Shown here: piece after piece, positions 19,463 through 29,769 of the stretch
Layout of the letters: each line of letters begins with the position of its first letter
Position numbering within the stretch: the first letter of the stretch is position 1
Virus record (IMG/VR): IMGVR_UViG_3300005613_000001
Span: 62,001-126,000 of that record
Direction: 5' to 3' (one strand)
DNA length: 64,000 nt
Notes under the pieces: model-generated
The model's database searches: none
What the model saw: only the letters and a program-made list of their open reading frames with translations
Told to the model about the DNA's origin: nothing
Position numbers and translations under genes: made by a program

Positions 19463-20087
19463 TTAAACGGCGGCGACTCTCAGGCCGACGACCAGACCGT
19501 ATGCTATTGTGCGGTGGCGGACAACTACAGGTGTATTTTAAGAAAAATTGCTTACGAGGAACACTACCGTCAAAATTTAATTTCTCTTTCAAAGCTTCGA
19601 AAACCGTTTTGTCACAGCTTTCGCTTAACGATAAATAAATTTGCTCCCTTTTTTCGTTATTTCGTCGTGTTGGAAGAAAAACATCTTCACCACATGAAAC
19701 AGGATAAGACGTTGTTACCCATCCAAAAGTCTTGTGGCGAATTACGGTAAGCCCTACTTTGAGAGCCGAATCCAAGAACTTGCGATTGTGATACGAATTT
19801 ACAGTCCTGTCCCTTACTCCCTTTTGGAAATTGCGGATATGGCACATTTGATGCAAGATATTATCAAGCATCTCTCTGAAGATGGCATCCTCAAAGTGTT
19901 CGCCAATCACCAAGGCGTAAGGTTCGGGCGTAAAGCGAAAAATCCCCCTTTTTCTAGGGTTTATCCGAATCTTGGGTTCATTCAACTCACCATGAAAGAA
20001 CCCCTCATTGAAATGGCGAAACGCACGCCTAATGGGTGTAACAAGAGCCTTATCCATAACTAAATACGATCCCCCTGTCAAGCCCAA
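19416..20087 (-). CDS. SprT-like protein with HQxxH variant motif
   Basis: F..FN..FF.GEL, ILHQMCH, YHNRKF, C-terminal CSC...CGDC. Confidence 0.75.
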   Translation of the reverse strand: MGLTGGSYLVMDKALVTPIRRAFRHFNEGFFHGELNEPKIRINPRKRGIFRFTPEPYALVIGEHFEDAIFREMLDNILHQMCHIRNFQKGVRDRTVNSYHNRKFLDSALKVGLTVIRHKTFGWVTTSYPVSCGEDVFLPTRRNNEKREQIYLSLSESCDKTVFEALKEKLNFDGSVPRKQFFLKYTCSCPPPHNSIRSGRRPESRRRLNAICGDCGEPFKCTE

Positions 20088-20111
20088 ACCTGCCCATTTT
20101 AAAAATGAGCC

Positions 20112-20291
20112 CTATTTGACTACTTGTTCATTACGGCGGATCGCATCGAATACTTCGCGGCGGTGAACAGGCACTTCCTTCGGAGCCTCAACCCCCAGGC
20201 GCACCTTGTCGCCACGAATTTCAACAACAACAATGGTAATGTCGTCGTTGATTACGATACTTTCATTTTTCTTCCTTGATAAAACCAGCAT
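20112..20291 (-). CDS. csrA: carbon storage regulator CsrA (canonical copy; absent from ORF track)
   Basis: hand translation: MLVLSRKKNESIVINDDITIVVVEIRGDKVRLGVEAPKEVPVHRREVFDAIRRNEQVVK; GGAGG SD. Confidence 0.95.
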   Translation of the reverse strand: MLVLSRKKNESIVINDDITIVVVEIRGDKVRLGVEAPKEVPVHRREVFDAIRRNEQVVK

Positions 20292-20955
20292 TTTTGTCTA
20301 CCTCCATAAAGAGTTCATCAACCGACTCGCTCAGATCGGTGAAATGATTCGCCGCCTCTTTAAGTCTCGGTGAGCAATCCGATCCAAAAAAAGCGACTTC
20401 TACGGTAATACCCGTATCTTGCCGAAGCCTTTTCACCGTCCTGGCATAACTGGCGTCACCGGCCACTAATATAAATGTATCATATTTCCCCATGCGACTC
20501 AAGGCGCACATATCATAAATTACATCCCCACTCACAGGTTCTACCGAAAACGACTCTTCTGCCCGAAAATCCTGTGTTTGGGGAACGCAGATGGTAAAAT
20601 AACCGCCTCGTTCTAAAGCATAATAGAACGTTTCTCTTTTTTCGGCGGCTTTTCTAGCCATGTCAAAACCGATTTTAGGAAGTTGTGGCTCGCTAAAATA
20701 AAAATAAGCGCAACCTAGATTCCTACTGTCGGCAAGATGTTCCTTCAACTTAATGTAATCCATTCTCCTTCCTCGGAGAACTGTTTTGGGCAGGTTCCGA
20801 ATCGCCTCAAAAATTTCACTATTATCGACAAAGATTGCTACATTTTCTCTAGACTGCGCAATTTCCCAAAGTTCATCTATTGTCTCATGTATCCCCTCTA
20901 ATTGGTGGGCCAATGATATTTCTTCCCGCTTTGTCAATTCAGCCATTTTCAACAA
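20263..20955 (-). CDS. NYN domain (PIN-like) protein
   Basis: AIFVDNS, D..IL.AGDASY, VEVAFF...S.RLKEAANHFTDL. Confidence 0.82.
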   Translation of the reverse strand: MLKMAELTKREEISLAHQLEGIHETIDELWEIAQSRENVAIFVDNSEIFEAIRNLPKTVLRGRRMDYIKLKEHLADSRNLGCAYFYFSEPQLPKIGFDMARKAAEKRETFYYALERGGYFTICVPQTQDFRAEESFSVEPVSGDVIYDMCALSRMGKYDTFILVAGDASYARTVKRLRQDTGITVEVAFFGSDCSPRLKEAANHFTDLSESVDELFMEVDKNAGFIKEEK

Positions 20956-21054
20956 CTCCCTGTGTCAAAATTCTAGGATAAAAAAAGTTGAAATTGTACC
21001 TCTGCCGGTGAGACAACTCAAATTTTTATGTTATATTGAGGAAAGAGGTTCTTT

Positions 21055-22419
21055 ATGAGGATTACCATGAAAGACCGACCAAGCGGCTTAAAGTATCGCA
21101 CCACCCGAAAGAGGGTTGAAGTGGAAGCCCGATATCGCGCATTGGGGCCACACGTACCAATACAATTTCGTCAGCTTTTTCAATGGCTCTTGAAAGAATC
21201 TGACGACTTTCCCGACCTTACGGAAGCGATAAACTACCAACTGCCCATAGAAAGCATTACCACATTGGGGGGGGACGATACTAAAGAGGCTCCCACTACC
21301 CCTTTGCCCAGTATACCACAGATTGATCCAACGTCAACAGAAACTCGTTCCCTTCAGGAATTAGTAGAAAATGTCCTTTCACCAAATGGGCACAATAATT
21401 CCTATCAGCATCTTACTCATACTGCCCCGCCTGAAAATCACACTCCCATTCCAACCATTGCTGAATTGAAGGCTTCATTTGTTAAAAATCGCTACTTTAT
21501 TGACGATCAACAGATTTTCAGTATTCATCAAGCGATCCAATCGGCGCAACCCATCATTGTAGATGGACCCCCAGGAACCGGAAAAACCGAACTGGCAAAG
21601 CAAATTGCCCTTGCTATGGGCTTAGATGTAACCGACCGAAATCACTTCGGTAAGTTGTTTTGCACTCCTGACGTTTCTAAAGATGAATCCGTCTACAGTT
21701 GGAATGATGCAAAACGCCTCATGGACCAACAACTTATTAAAGACTTGGCCGCTCGCCTAGATTTCAATGAATTGTTGGCAATCTACAAGCAAGTGGCGAA
21801 CAATACGTACTCGGAAAGATACCTTGATATTCATGTATTGCTTCGCCATTGCATTATCCCATTCCGTAGTGTGGTGCTTATTGATGAAGTAGATAAGACA
21901 TATCCTGAATTTGACAATTATCTTCTGGATATTCTTATCAACAACAACTTTGAAATCCCTGAATACGGGCGAATGGGAAGACCAGATAGAGCAGAAGGTG
22001 AAAATGCAATTCACCGCCCCATTTTTGTTCTCACCACTAACCGAGAACGTGATCTTTCCGGTCCATTGGCGCGGCGTTGTAAGCCGGTGTGGTTTAACTA
22101 CCTACCCGAGAATCTTGAAGCGAAAGTAGTTCAAGCAAAATGTGGTGTTGAAGAAATGGAGGCGGGGCGAATTGCCCAGTTCTTCAAGAAGATTCGCACC
22201 GACCAGACTTTACACCTACAACAGCCACCTTCTACGGCTGAAGTTATTGAAACCGTAAATGCTATTGTGGCAGGTGTTGGGGCGCAAGAGTACGAACAAT
22301 TACGATCTTCAGCAACTATTTTTCAACATCATTGTCATTGGATTAAAAATCGCCGTGACTTTGAAGTAATTCATGGCAAATATACCGATGCCAGTGGAAA
22401 TTGGAGGGAAGTAATATGA
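21055..22419 (+). CDS. MoxR-like AAA+ ATPase
   Basis: GPPGTGKTELA, LIDEVDK, LTTNRERDLS.PLARRC. Confidence 0.9.
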   Translation: MRITMKDRPSGLKYRTTRKRVEVEARYRALGPHVPIQFRQLFQWLLKESDDFPDLTEAINYQLPIESITTLGGDDTKEAPTTPLPSIPQIDPTSTETRSLQELVENVLSPNGHNNSYQHLTHTAPPENHTPIPTIAELKASFVKNRYFIDDQQIFSIHQAIQSAQPIIVDGPPGTGKTELAKQIALAMGLDVTDRNHFGKLFCTPDVSKDESVYSWNDAKRLMDQQLIKDLAARLDFNELLAIYKQVANNTYSERYLDIHVLLRHCIIPFRSVVLIDEVDKTYPEFDNYLLDILINNNFEIPEYGRMGRPDRAEGENAIHRPIFVLTTNRERDLSGPLARRCKPVWFNYLPENLEAKVVQAKCGVEEMEAGRIAQFFKKIRTDQTLHLQQPPSTAEVIETVNAIVAGVGAQEYEQLRSSATIFQHHCHWIKNRRDFEVIHGKYTDASGNWREVI

Positions 22420-23054
22420 TCCGAGGTCTAATCAAAACCGATGTCTTTAAAGAAGATCAATACCTTTATCTAAAATTTGTTGAAAGCCGAACTACCGGCG
22501 TATACTATCTGACTCGCCGGGAAGCAGAGGCAGATGAATATGGTGAGTACCTATGTGATTTAGAACACTTCCAAAAGAGATGGAGAATTCGTCTTAGAGG
22601 CGGCGAGATATTGCCTGAGTCTATCCAACGCATGGGCTTTAACGAACGAGAAGACGCCGCACAATTCTATCTTGCTTTTAAACTTAATGTAGCAGAAGAA
22701 ACTGCAAAACATCCACTTCCAGAGGATGTAACAAACTACATAGAACGCCGCTCAAGGGACATTAGAGAGGAAGCAAAAGATCTAAGTGATAGATTACACA
22801 GTGTCGTTATGGAACAACGAAGCCTTCGGTATCTAGCTGAACAATATAACTTGCAACGAGTTATGTGGGAAACAGAGGAAGCTGATGATAAAGAGGCTGT
22901 CAAAGATCTACTTGAATTTAAAATTGGTGATGTGCCATTCTTTTCAGAAGCATATCTTTATGATGCAATCGGCAAGGAAGATGCAAGAACGGTACTCGCC
23001 CTAGTGCGAAACTTAGTCCGACTTGTTGATCCCGCTCAACAATTTGGAGTTTAA
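22416..23054 (+). CDS. hypothetical protein
   Basis: ATGA overlap with the MoxR stop. Confidence 0.75.
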   Translation: MIRGLIKTDVFKEDQYLYLKFVESRTTGVYYLTRREAEADEYGEYLCDLEHFQKRWRIRLRGGEILPESIQRMGFNEREDAAQFYLAFKLNVAEETAKHPLPEDVTNYIERRSRDIREEAKDLSDRLHSVVMEQRSLRYLAEQYNLQRVMWETEEADDKEAVKDLLEFKIGDVPFFSEAYLYDAIGKEDARTVLALVRNLVRLVDPAQQFGV

Positions 23055-23055
23055 A

Positions 23056-23370
23056 ATGACAACCTTTGGCCTGCTACTGGTTTGTTTTGCATTAATGCTG
23101 AATCAAACTGCTGTAAAAGATCCACACTTAAGATGGCATTGGATAATATTTTCAGCACTAAATGTATTATACTTCAGCATACACCAGCAATGGTTTTTCG
23201 TAATTGTTTGGATGCCTTTGCTCATCCTAAATACAGGACTTCTGATTTCATGGTACAAAAAGCTTCGCCCTATGATTGTAGCCCACGAACAGGCACTTAT
23301 AGAAATATCACAGCGACCAATCCCCGCTGATCCAAATGCAATATTTCCCACGGACGACGACGATGAATGA
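23056..23370 (+). CDS. small membrane protein
   Basis: three hydrophobic segments. Confidence 0.65.
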   Translation: MTTFGLLLVCFALMLNQTAVKDPHLRWHWIIFSALNVLYFSIHQQWFFVIVWMPLLILNTGLLISWYKKLRPMIVAHEQALIEISQRPIPADPNAIFPTDDDDE

Positions 23371-25564
23371 AACCGCCTTACTAACCCGACAAATGCACAC
23401 GCTCACCACGAATGAGATTGGAGAGCTTAGGCGCATTGCTAAGACGGTCTTTGAACCGCTTATTCGTCCATTCCGCCAAAAACGCACAGTCGCTCAATTT
23501 GACTACCGTAAAACTATTAGAACCGCTCAAAAGATCGGGCATCTGCTTCCTGCCTACTCTCGGGTAGAAAGAGAACATAGGAAAAGCCGCCTCGTTATTG
23601 CTATGTCCCTCTCTGGGATTGACCGTTGTGCGGCTGTATCTTTAATTCCTTTATTCGCTGAACTGCGACGGTTCCTAGACTTCAAACTTTATATCTATAC
23701 ATCAGATTTAATTGAGGCGGAATTCACGCACGATGGTTTCCTTGCCAACGATCATGAAATTTGTTGGAATAATGTTGCCGCGCCCATTGTATTCTCCCGC
23801 CTCGCTGAAATGGATTTTGATAATCAAGAGGATACCTTGCTTCTAATTGATTCTTTAGGAGGCGGGGATTCTGAATGGTATTGGTACTGGAATAAGACGA
23901 ACCAAAAGGAAGTTCGTGACGAACAAAAGAAATATCTCATTCCGGCAGATGAATGGGGCGGATACTGGACGAGGCTCCGAGAACGACTTGCCGGTGATTA
24001 TGATATTAGCAGACTAAAGAAGAGCGAAATACCGGCTGGGTGGAAGAAGGCGGTAGAGCGTAATTGTGTCCAAAGATGGGTAAATGCACCCGCCTTAGTA
24101 GATTATCTTGTACGATGGATGTTTAATCCTGAATTCGGGAAGAGAACACATGGCGATTGGTTCCCGAAACCCAAGCATTATTGGGATGAAACGATTAATG
24201 TAAGCGATGCCCTTCCCAAACTACGTCAGAAGTTTCGTTCCATTCATTTGCTTTCGCCAAACTACAACGAAGACACCGAAGACCGACTTCATGATATTTT
24301 AAACTTAAACACCATTGACTATTGCCACAGAACGGACACTATTGAGGGGTTGGCGGCTGTGCTTGCCAACATCGTTCACAACCGTTGCACAGACAAATTA
24401 ACTTATGACCTACCTAAGTTCCAAGAATTCATTGATACAGAAGATGAAACTGTGCCGGATGATGAAGGGGAGGCGGTTCATGACGAGCAGGTAGCCACGC
24501 CTCAAGATTGTTTTGCCGACTGTGCCGATGCATTCCCCTGGCTACCGACAGAAACTCAATTCACTGTTCAAACTAGGAAGCGGGGAACGGAAGAACTAAA
24601 AGAAACTACCGTACCTTACAATAAGTGTGACGTAGGGGAATGGTTCCCAAATGCTTATCAGCACACTCGTTACCATTCTATGTTTAGTTGTACTCCTGAA
24701 TTAAAAATTGATTCAGGGGATTCAAAATTTACACAACTGCAAGCATGTGAGGCGTTTCTTAGGGCGGTACAAGAAAATCATATTGTAGCTTTGACGAACT
24801 ATACCACGCCTCAAATCACAATGAAAGCGCGACCAGAGGAAACAATTAAGCTTTCCCCTGAATTTACCGCTCACCGTACCCGTGCATTGCAAGAGTGCGT
24901 TCAAGAGGTAGCCCAACTATTTGCACCATGCTATAAGCCCTATGTAGGTGCGACTCCTTTAGCCAATGTGGTTTGGTGTAGTGTTGGTAAGTTTAAACCG
25001 GAGAAATTATCAATTGGCGTTAAGCCGGATGATAAAAAAGACTGGAAGAGGACGACATTCCATGAAGTGGGACACTACTTTGAACATATCTCTCCCGAAG
25101 TTGGTGCATTTACTAATCATTTAATCAGGAAGAAAGTAGGCACCATCCAAAAACAGAAACTCGTTAATGTAATGCCGGGCGAGAAAGCCATGCCGGTGCA
25201 AGACGGATCAACAGATTGGATTCACATTTATGCAGGAAAGTGGTACAAAAGGGATCACGCCGATCTTCCAAATCCCACTGAAATCCTCAGCATGCACCTA
25301 GAATACTTCGCTTCGCCTGAAAAACTACTTGTACTCGCCAAACACGATCCCTTTATGGTGAGATTTATCGCTTACATCATAATGGGCGGGCCTGTTGCTG
25401 CCTTTAAGGCGAGCAAGGAAGCAAAACTTCAAAAGGCTCTACAAGAAATTGACCAGCGTAACCGACCTTCCCACGGCTATTCCTACAGAGGCAGAAGGGG
25501 CAGTTATGGAGGCGGCGGTTCATCTTACACCCCCAAGAAAAAGGATAAGAAATTCGGTGTCTAA
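23363..25564 (+). CDS. CoxE/VWA-like N-terminus fused to zincin-like domain
   Basis: FDYRKTIR..(CoxE-like), RLVIAMSLSG (degenerate MIDAS), C-terminal FHEVGH...EILS. Confidence 0.6.
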   Translation: MNETALLTRQMHTLTTNEIGELRRIAKTVFEPLIRPFRQKRTVAQFDYRKTIRTAQKIGHLLPAYSRVEREHRKSRLVIAMSLSGIDRCAAVSLIPLFAELRRFLDFKLYIYTSDLIEAEFTHDGFLANDHEICWNNVAAPIVFSRLAEMDFDNQEDTLLLIDSLGGGDSEWYWYWNKTNQKEVRDEQKKYLIPADEWGGYWTRLRERLAGDYDISRLKKSEIPAGWKKAVERNCVQRWVNAPALVDYLVRWMFNPEFGKRTHGDWFPKPKHYWDETINVSDALPKLRQKFRSIHLLSPNYNEDTEDRLHDILNLNTIDYCHRTDTIEGLAAVLANIVHNRCTDKLTYDLPKFQEFIDTEDETVPDDEGEAVHDEQVATPQDCFADCADAFPWLPTETQFTVQTRKRGTEELKETTVPYNKCDVGEWFPNAYQHTRYHSMFSCTPELKIDSGDSKFTQLQACEAFLRAVQENHIVALTNYTTPQITMKARPEETIKLSPEFTAHRTRALQECVQEVAQLFAPCYKPYVGATPLANVVWCSVGKFKPEKLSIGVKPDDKKDWKRTTFHEVGHYFEHISPEVGAFTNHLIRKKVGTIQKQKLVNVMPGEKAMPVQDGSTDWIHIYAGKWYKRDHADLPNPTEILSMHLEYFASPEKLLVLAKHDPFMVRFIAYIIMGGPVAAFKASKEAKLQKALQEIDQRNRPSHGYSYRGRRGSYGGGGSSYTPKKKDKKFGV

Positions 25565-25831
25565 ATGGATCACTTTACAGAAGAACAACCTAAAGACGGC
25601 GATACGATGCTCCATTGTGACCATATAAAAGGAGGCGGCAAGTGTCATTTCTTTAAAATCTCTGAAACAGCTTTTACCAGACCAGATGGCACTTCGGGAA
25701 CATCTCACTGGATTATGTTATGTGATGCCTGTTTTCAAGCACACGGCGAGACAAAAAATTTCCAAATTACAGGCGATTCACAATGGGTTGGCGATGAACC
25801 CGAAATAAAAATCAACCCAGATATGAATTAG
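25565..25831 (+). CDS. hypothetical protein
   Basis: abuts previous stop; Cys/His pairs. Confidence 0.65.
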   Translation: MDHFTEEQPKDGDTMLHCDHIKGGGKCHFFKISETAFTRPDGTSGTSHWIMLCDACFQAHGETKNFQITGDSQWVGDEPEIKINPDMN

Positions 25832-26322
25832 ATCAATAATGGCCCACCAATTAAGGCTGTTGTCGGCCATGCGTCATTATAATGTCTAACAAAGTAATTT
25901 TTTAAAATGAAATTTACAAACCCCTTATGCCTTTTCATATACCATCCGAAATCATGAATGATACAGAAGTGAAAACTTTCCTTCAAATACATAAAAGAAC
26001 CTATTCTTGCATACATGGGGCTTTAATCGATGAAAATCAAACTATACTTCTTTTCCAAATTTAATTTGCGAAGATTTTTCCAACTATTTATAAACTGAAA
26101 TTGGTAATTATCTCTTTGATATCTCTTTTGTGTTTTTTTAAACCATGCTTGGTTAGATTCCAACCCTAAAATACAAACATTGGAATGGGTTTTGGCATAA
26201 TCTGAAAATATCTTGGCGCTGCCGTCTCCTGTTCCTAATTCCAAGATGAAATGATCTTTGTCTTTGTTTAATTTATTTAAACAATTTGTCAAACAAGGTC
26301 TGTGAGTGTAATAAGGATTCAT
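25828..26322 (-). pseudogene. class I SAM methyltransferase-like gene with in-frame TAA
   Basis: ILELGTGDGS motif; LIFID*SPMYAR...IIHD is one frame interrupted by TAA at 26023-26025. Confidence 0.7.
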
Positions 26323-26331
26323 TAGGAAAAT

Positions 26332-26365
26332 AAGGCGACGAGGGAATTCCCCTCGTCGCCTTTTT
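26332..26365. terminator. terminator hairpin
   Basis: AAGGCGACGAGGG/CCCTCGTCGCCTT with flanking A/T runs. Confidence 0.75.
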
Positions 26366-26411
26366 GTTTGCTTTCATTGCTACGCTAGCGATTCTAACAA
26401 CGAAGCGTTAA

Positions 26412-26579
26412 TTATGCAGAGGCGAAGCCCGTTCCCCACAATCTTTGCGTACAAATTGTGATTGCTGCGACATAAGCACCACTATTACCCGAACACAATC
26501 GGTTAGTAGAGGGGCAGTTAGCATAAAAGTAACGCCAAGTAGTCGTTGTATATACGTTATTTGGCTTTTTACATCTCAT
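26412..26579 (-). CDS. small Cys-containing peptide
   Basis: GGAGG SD then MRCKKPNNVYTTTTWRYFY... Confidence 0.55.
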   Translation of the reverse strand: MRCKKPNNVYTTTTWRYFYANCPSTNRLCSGNSGAYVAAITICTQRLWGTGFASA

Positions 26580-26628
26580 AAGATTTCCTCCATAAATAGC
26601 CTTTAATAGTATGTATGATAGATAACTT

Positions 26629-27450
26629 CTATTTTGAAGCAATATCTCGCATATACAGATTTTTATTCCCCTCCATTATTTTTTTCGCATGGGGATTGGT
26701 TCGCCTCAAATATTGAAGTGTAGCATCCCCCTCATGGTGTACCCAACTAGAACCACACACGGCTTGCTTATATCCATAGCTCCGCATACGGTCAGCTAGT
26801 TCTCTATTTTCATAACCAGCGTAAGGGTAATGCTTTATAAATCCCTTAATATAATGAAATAAATGCCTATGACACAGGGCACAATAGAGGGGTAAGTATC
26901 CTTCTTCCAAAACTACATCCTCTGTAGGTTCGGCGTGTCTCTCCGCGTAGAGCTTATTCTTCAACTCTACATCTTCCACGGTTGGGTTATTAGTTCTAGA
27001 ACCAACCATCTTTACCCCTTCTGCTTTTAATTTTTGCATAGTCTGCCCCATTGCCAACAGCCAATTGGCATCTTCTATCAGGCAGTCAGAGTGCAAAAAA
27101 ACTACCCAAGGGAACACATTGGGTTCATTTTCCATTGCTTTCATCCCATATTCCAATGCGCCTCCAAACCCTAATTGTTCTTCAGTTTGTACTGATTTCA
27201 AATTAGGCACATCTTCAAATCCATCAAATACAAAATTAGAATTAGGAGAACAATCATCTACTAGGCAGATTCTAAAATGATTACTTCTGGTAAGATATAT
27301 TAGACTACTTACCAGGGAGGCGACCTTTTCGTATTGCCCATGAAATGGAATAATAATATCAACATATTGATCGGAAAACAATTTGCCCTGTTTAATAAAA
27401 TCACTCTTCAGAACTTTGCTGCCCGGTTTCATCTTGGGGAAGTTTGACAT
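26629..27450 (-). CDS. glycosyltransferase family 2
   Basis: VDIIIPF, LVDDCS, LGFGGA, FLHSD, WVHHEG. Confidence 0.88.
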   Translation of the reverse strand: MSNFPKMKPGSKVLKSDFIKQGKLFSDQYVDIIIPFHGQYEKVASLVSSLIYLTRSNHFRICLVDDCSPNSNFVFDGFEDVPNLKSVQTEEQLGFGGALEYGMKAMENEPNVFPWVVFLHSDCLIEDANWLLAMGQTMQKLKAEGVKMVGSRTNNPTVEDVELKNKLYAERHAEPTEDVVLEEGYLPLYCALCHRHLFHYIKGFIKHYPYAGYENRELADRMRSYGYKQAVCGSSWVHHEGDATLQYLRRTNPHAKKIMEGNKNLYMRDIASK

Positions 27451-28006
27451 CTACGTTTCCTTTTCCCTTTCCTGTCTGTGTTCTTACAAAATTGACGAGA
27501 ATATCTTTTAAATCAGTAACATCTTCGAGAAATGTAACTTCAGCCTGATTTTCTAAGGTTTTAATGGATTGTTCACACTTGCCAAATCCAAAGAGCATTA
27601 AATTTATATCAAAGCCTTTAGTTTCATTTAAATTAAAAACTTGCCTACAGGGGATTTCATCTTTAGCTCGATATTTGTCAGTAATTACAATTACATACCG
27701 TCTAAAATCTTCCGGTTCACATGCCAAGAGCAGCATGGTCTGTTCTATTGCCATATCCAATTCAGTCAATGGTGGCTTGTAAGAAAGCAACCTCTGGATC
27801 GCTCCGCCTTTTTTCTCAGGAATCACTTCAATTTCAGGCTCAAAGAAGTAGACCCGATCTTCCGGCTCTAAGCAGTCCGTATTCAGAACTTCACCTAACG
27901 CATTTTTTAGCAATGTAGAGTTTTTAATTCCATTTGTTCGACGTTCTGAGCAATCAAACACTACTCCCAATAACAAGGGAATATACCTATTAAATTCATC
28001 AAACAT
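27401..28006 (-). CDS. VWA-like hypothetical protein
   Basis: VVFDCS, VIVITD, LFGFG pattern. Confidence 0.5.
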   Translation of the reverse strand: MFDEFNRYIPLLLGVVFDCSERRTNGIKNSTLLKNALGEVLNTDCLEPEDRVYFFEPEIEVIPEKKGGAIQRLLSYKPPLTELDMAIEQTMLLLACEPEDFRRYVIVITDKYRAKDEIPCRQVFNLNETKGFDINLMLFGFGKCEQSIKTLENQAEVTFLEDVTDLKDILVNFVRTQTGKGKGNVDVKLPQDETGQQSSEE

Positions 28007-28802
28007 TCTTTCTTTTCTCCCTGTGGAACTTTCTAATAGGGTGGTCATAATCTTTTAATGGATGCATAAGGCAGGCTTCAGAGAAGTTTTCTACTTCGGG
28101 GTGCAAATCTGGTCTGAATCTCAGGGGGAACTTTTGATAAGCACCATGCCAGGCACCATCTGCTGTTGTCCAACTGGCAAACTGTGACACTTTCCCTCCG
28201 AAGTGAGCGGCTAAACTTGGATATAGATGTTCCGCTAGGTCATACCCCCCTTGGGCTTCATAGCCAGGGAAATATCCCCCTGAAAAATCATTAGTGAGGT
28301 AGAGAAATCTTTCAAAAAAATTAATTTCCGCCAACTTTCTAATAAACTCTCCACTATAGAAAACACAACAACCCAATAAATAGTGGCTGCCGTATATTTC
28401 CGTTTTCAACATAGATTCCAACAATTCAAACTGATACCCTCCCAATCGATGATCGTTACCAATTGCCCAAACTCCCATCTTTTGCGCAATTTGTAATTCT
28501 CGCAAGAAAGCATCAGATCCCACAAGGCAATCATACTCTAAATAACAATACCAATCCATATCCGACCACAGAGTATTCGCCTCTTTTAAAGCTAGTGTAA
28601 CATTCCTGTATGGGCCTCTATTGTGCTCATGATGGAAGCCTTCCAGTTTATAACAGGGCATATTCACTGATTCCAACTCTTTCCAACCTGCTCCATCCAC
28701 AACCATTAAAACATCTTCTGTCATCCATTTTTGGACAGAATCTAAAGTGTCATGAACAACTCTTGAGTTTTCATGCGTATTTAATATTGTGGCTATTTTC
28801 AT
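27999..28802 (-). CDS. putative GT-A fold glycosyltransferase
   Basis: MVVDG, YLEYDCLV, HPLK; cluster context. Confidence 0.55.
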   Translation of the reverse strand: MKIATILNTHENSRVVHDTLDSVQKWMTEDVLMVVDGAGWKELESVNMPCYKLEGFHHEHNRGPYRNVTLALKEANTLWSDMDWYCYLEYDCLVGSDAFLRELQIAQKMGVWAIGNDHRLGGYQFELLESMLKTEIYGSHYLLGCCVFYSGEFIRKLAEINFFERFLYLTNDFSGGYFPGYEAQGGYDLAEHLYPSLAAHFGGKVSQFASWTTADGAWHGAYQKFPLRFRPDLHPEVENFSEACLMHPLKDYDHPIRKFHREKRKNV

Positions 28803-28851
28803 AAAATTACTACTATAAGTAAGTAAGTTAATTTCAAACGGAGAGTTAATA

Positions 28852-29769
28852 ATGAATGAAAAAGATACCGAAATTTTGAGGAAATTATACTACACGCTAG
28901 CTAAGAAAACCAACGACAAAGACATATCGCCCTTTCTACCCACCCTAGCAAGCATGTTAGGTGAAGATCGCGCTGAACTGGTTAATCTCAAAAACCTACT
29001 TAATGCTAATGAATGGCCGAAAGCTGTTGATTCTAATTTAATTTGTGATGTAGACTCAGACGATGATAAATTATCAAGAGCGGAAGGAATTTTAGAGTTA
29101 ATCATAGAAAGAAACTTGCAAAATAAGAGTTTTCTAGATTTCGGCTGCGGAGAAGGACATGTGCCATTAAAATCCCTTGCTCAAGAACCAATCAAGGCAG
29201 TAGGATATGACATTGAAAAAAATGCCACTTGGGATACCTTTGAGAAAAATGAAAAGCTACTGCTCACTACAGATATGAAAGAAGTAGAAAAATTTGCCCC
29301 TTACGATGTTATTCTTCTTTATGATGTTTTAGACCACATGGAAAGCGGTCAGGTAGAAATTCTCACAAAGGTCAAAGAACTCCTTGCTGACGGTGGGGCT
29401 GTTTATGTGAGATTCCATCCATACTGTTCCCGACACGCACTTCATCTTTATCATGATATTAATAAGGCATATATTCACCTAATCTTCACAGAAAAAGAGC
29501 TTACTGACCTGGGTTATAAAGTAGAACCAAATGCTAAAGTAGTGCATCCCATTGTGGAATATGGCAAATGGATTAAAGAAGCCGGTCTAATAACTAGCCA
29601 TAGCAACACTCTACGCGAACGAGTTGAACCATTTTTCGGCAAAAATAAAGCCATTAAAGAGAGAGTTAGATTGCACTTTACAGGAAGTACAGATAAGCAT
29701 ATTAAAAAAGGCGGTTTCCCAACCTTCCAGTTAGAACAACAATTTTGTGACTATGTATTGAAAAAATGA
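28852..29769 (+). CDS. class I SAM-dependent methyltransferase
   Basis: FLDFGCGEG, GYDI, YDVILLYDVLDH. Confidence 0.88.
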   Translation: MNEKDTEILRKLYYTLAKKTNDKDISPFLPTLASMLGEDRAELVNLKNLLNANEWPKAVDSNLICDVDSDDDKLSRAEGILELIIERNLQNKSFLDFGCGEGHVPLKSLAQEPIKAVGYDIEKNATWDTFEKNEKLLLTTDMKEVEKFAPYDVILLYDVLDHMESGQVEILTKVKELLADGGAVYVRFHPYCSRHALHLYHDINKAYIHLIFTEKELTDLGYKVEPNAKVVHPIVEYGKWIKEAGLITSHSNTLRERVEPFFGKNKAIKERVRLHFTGSTDKHIKKGGFPTFQLEQQFCDYVLKK

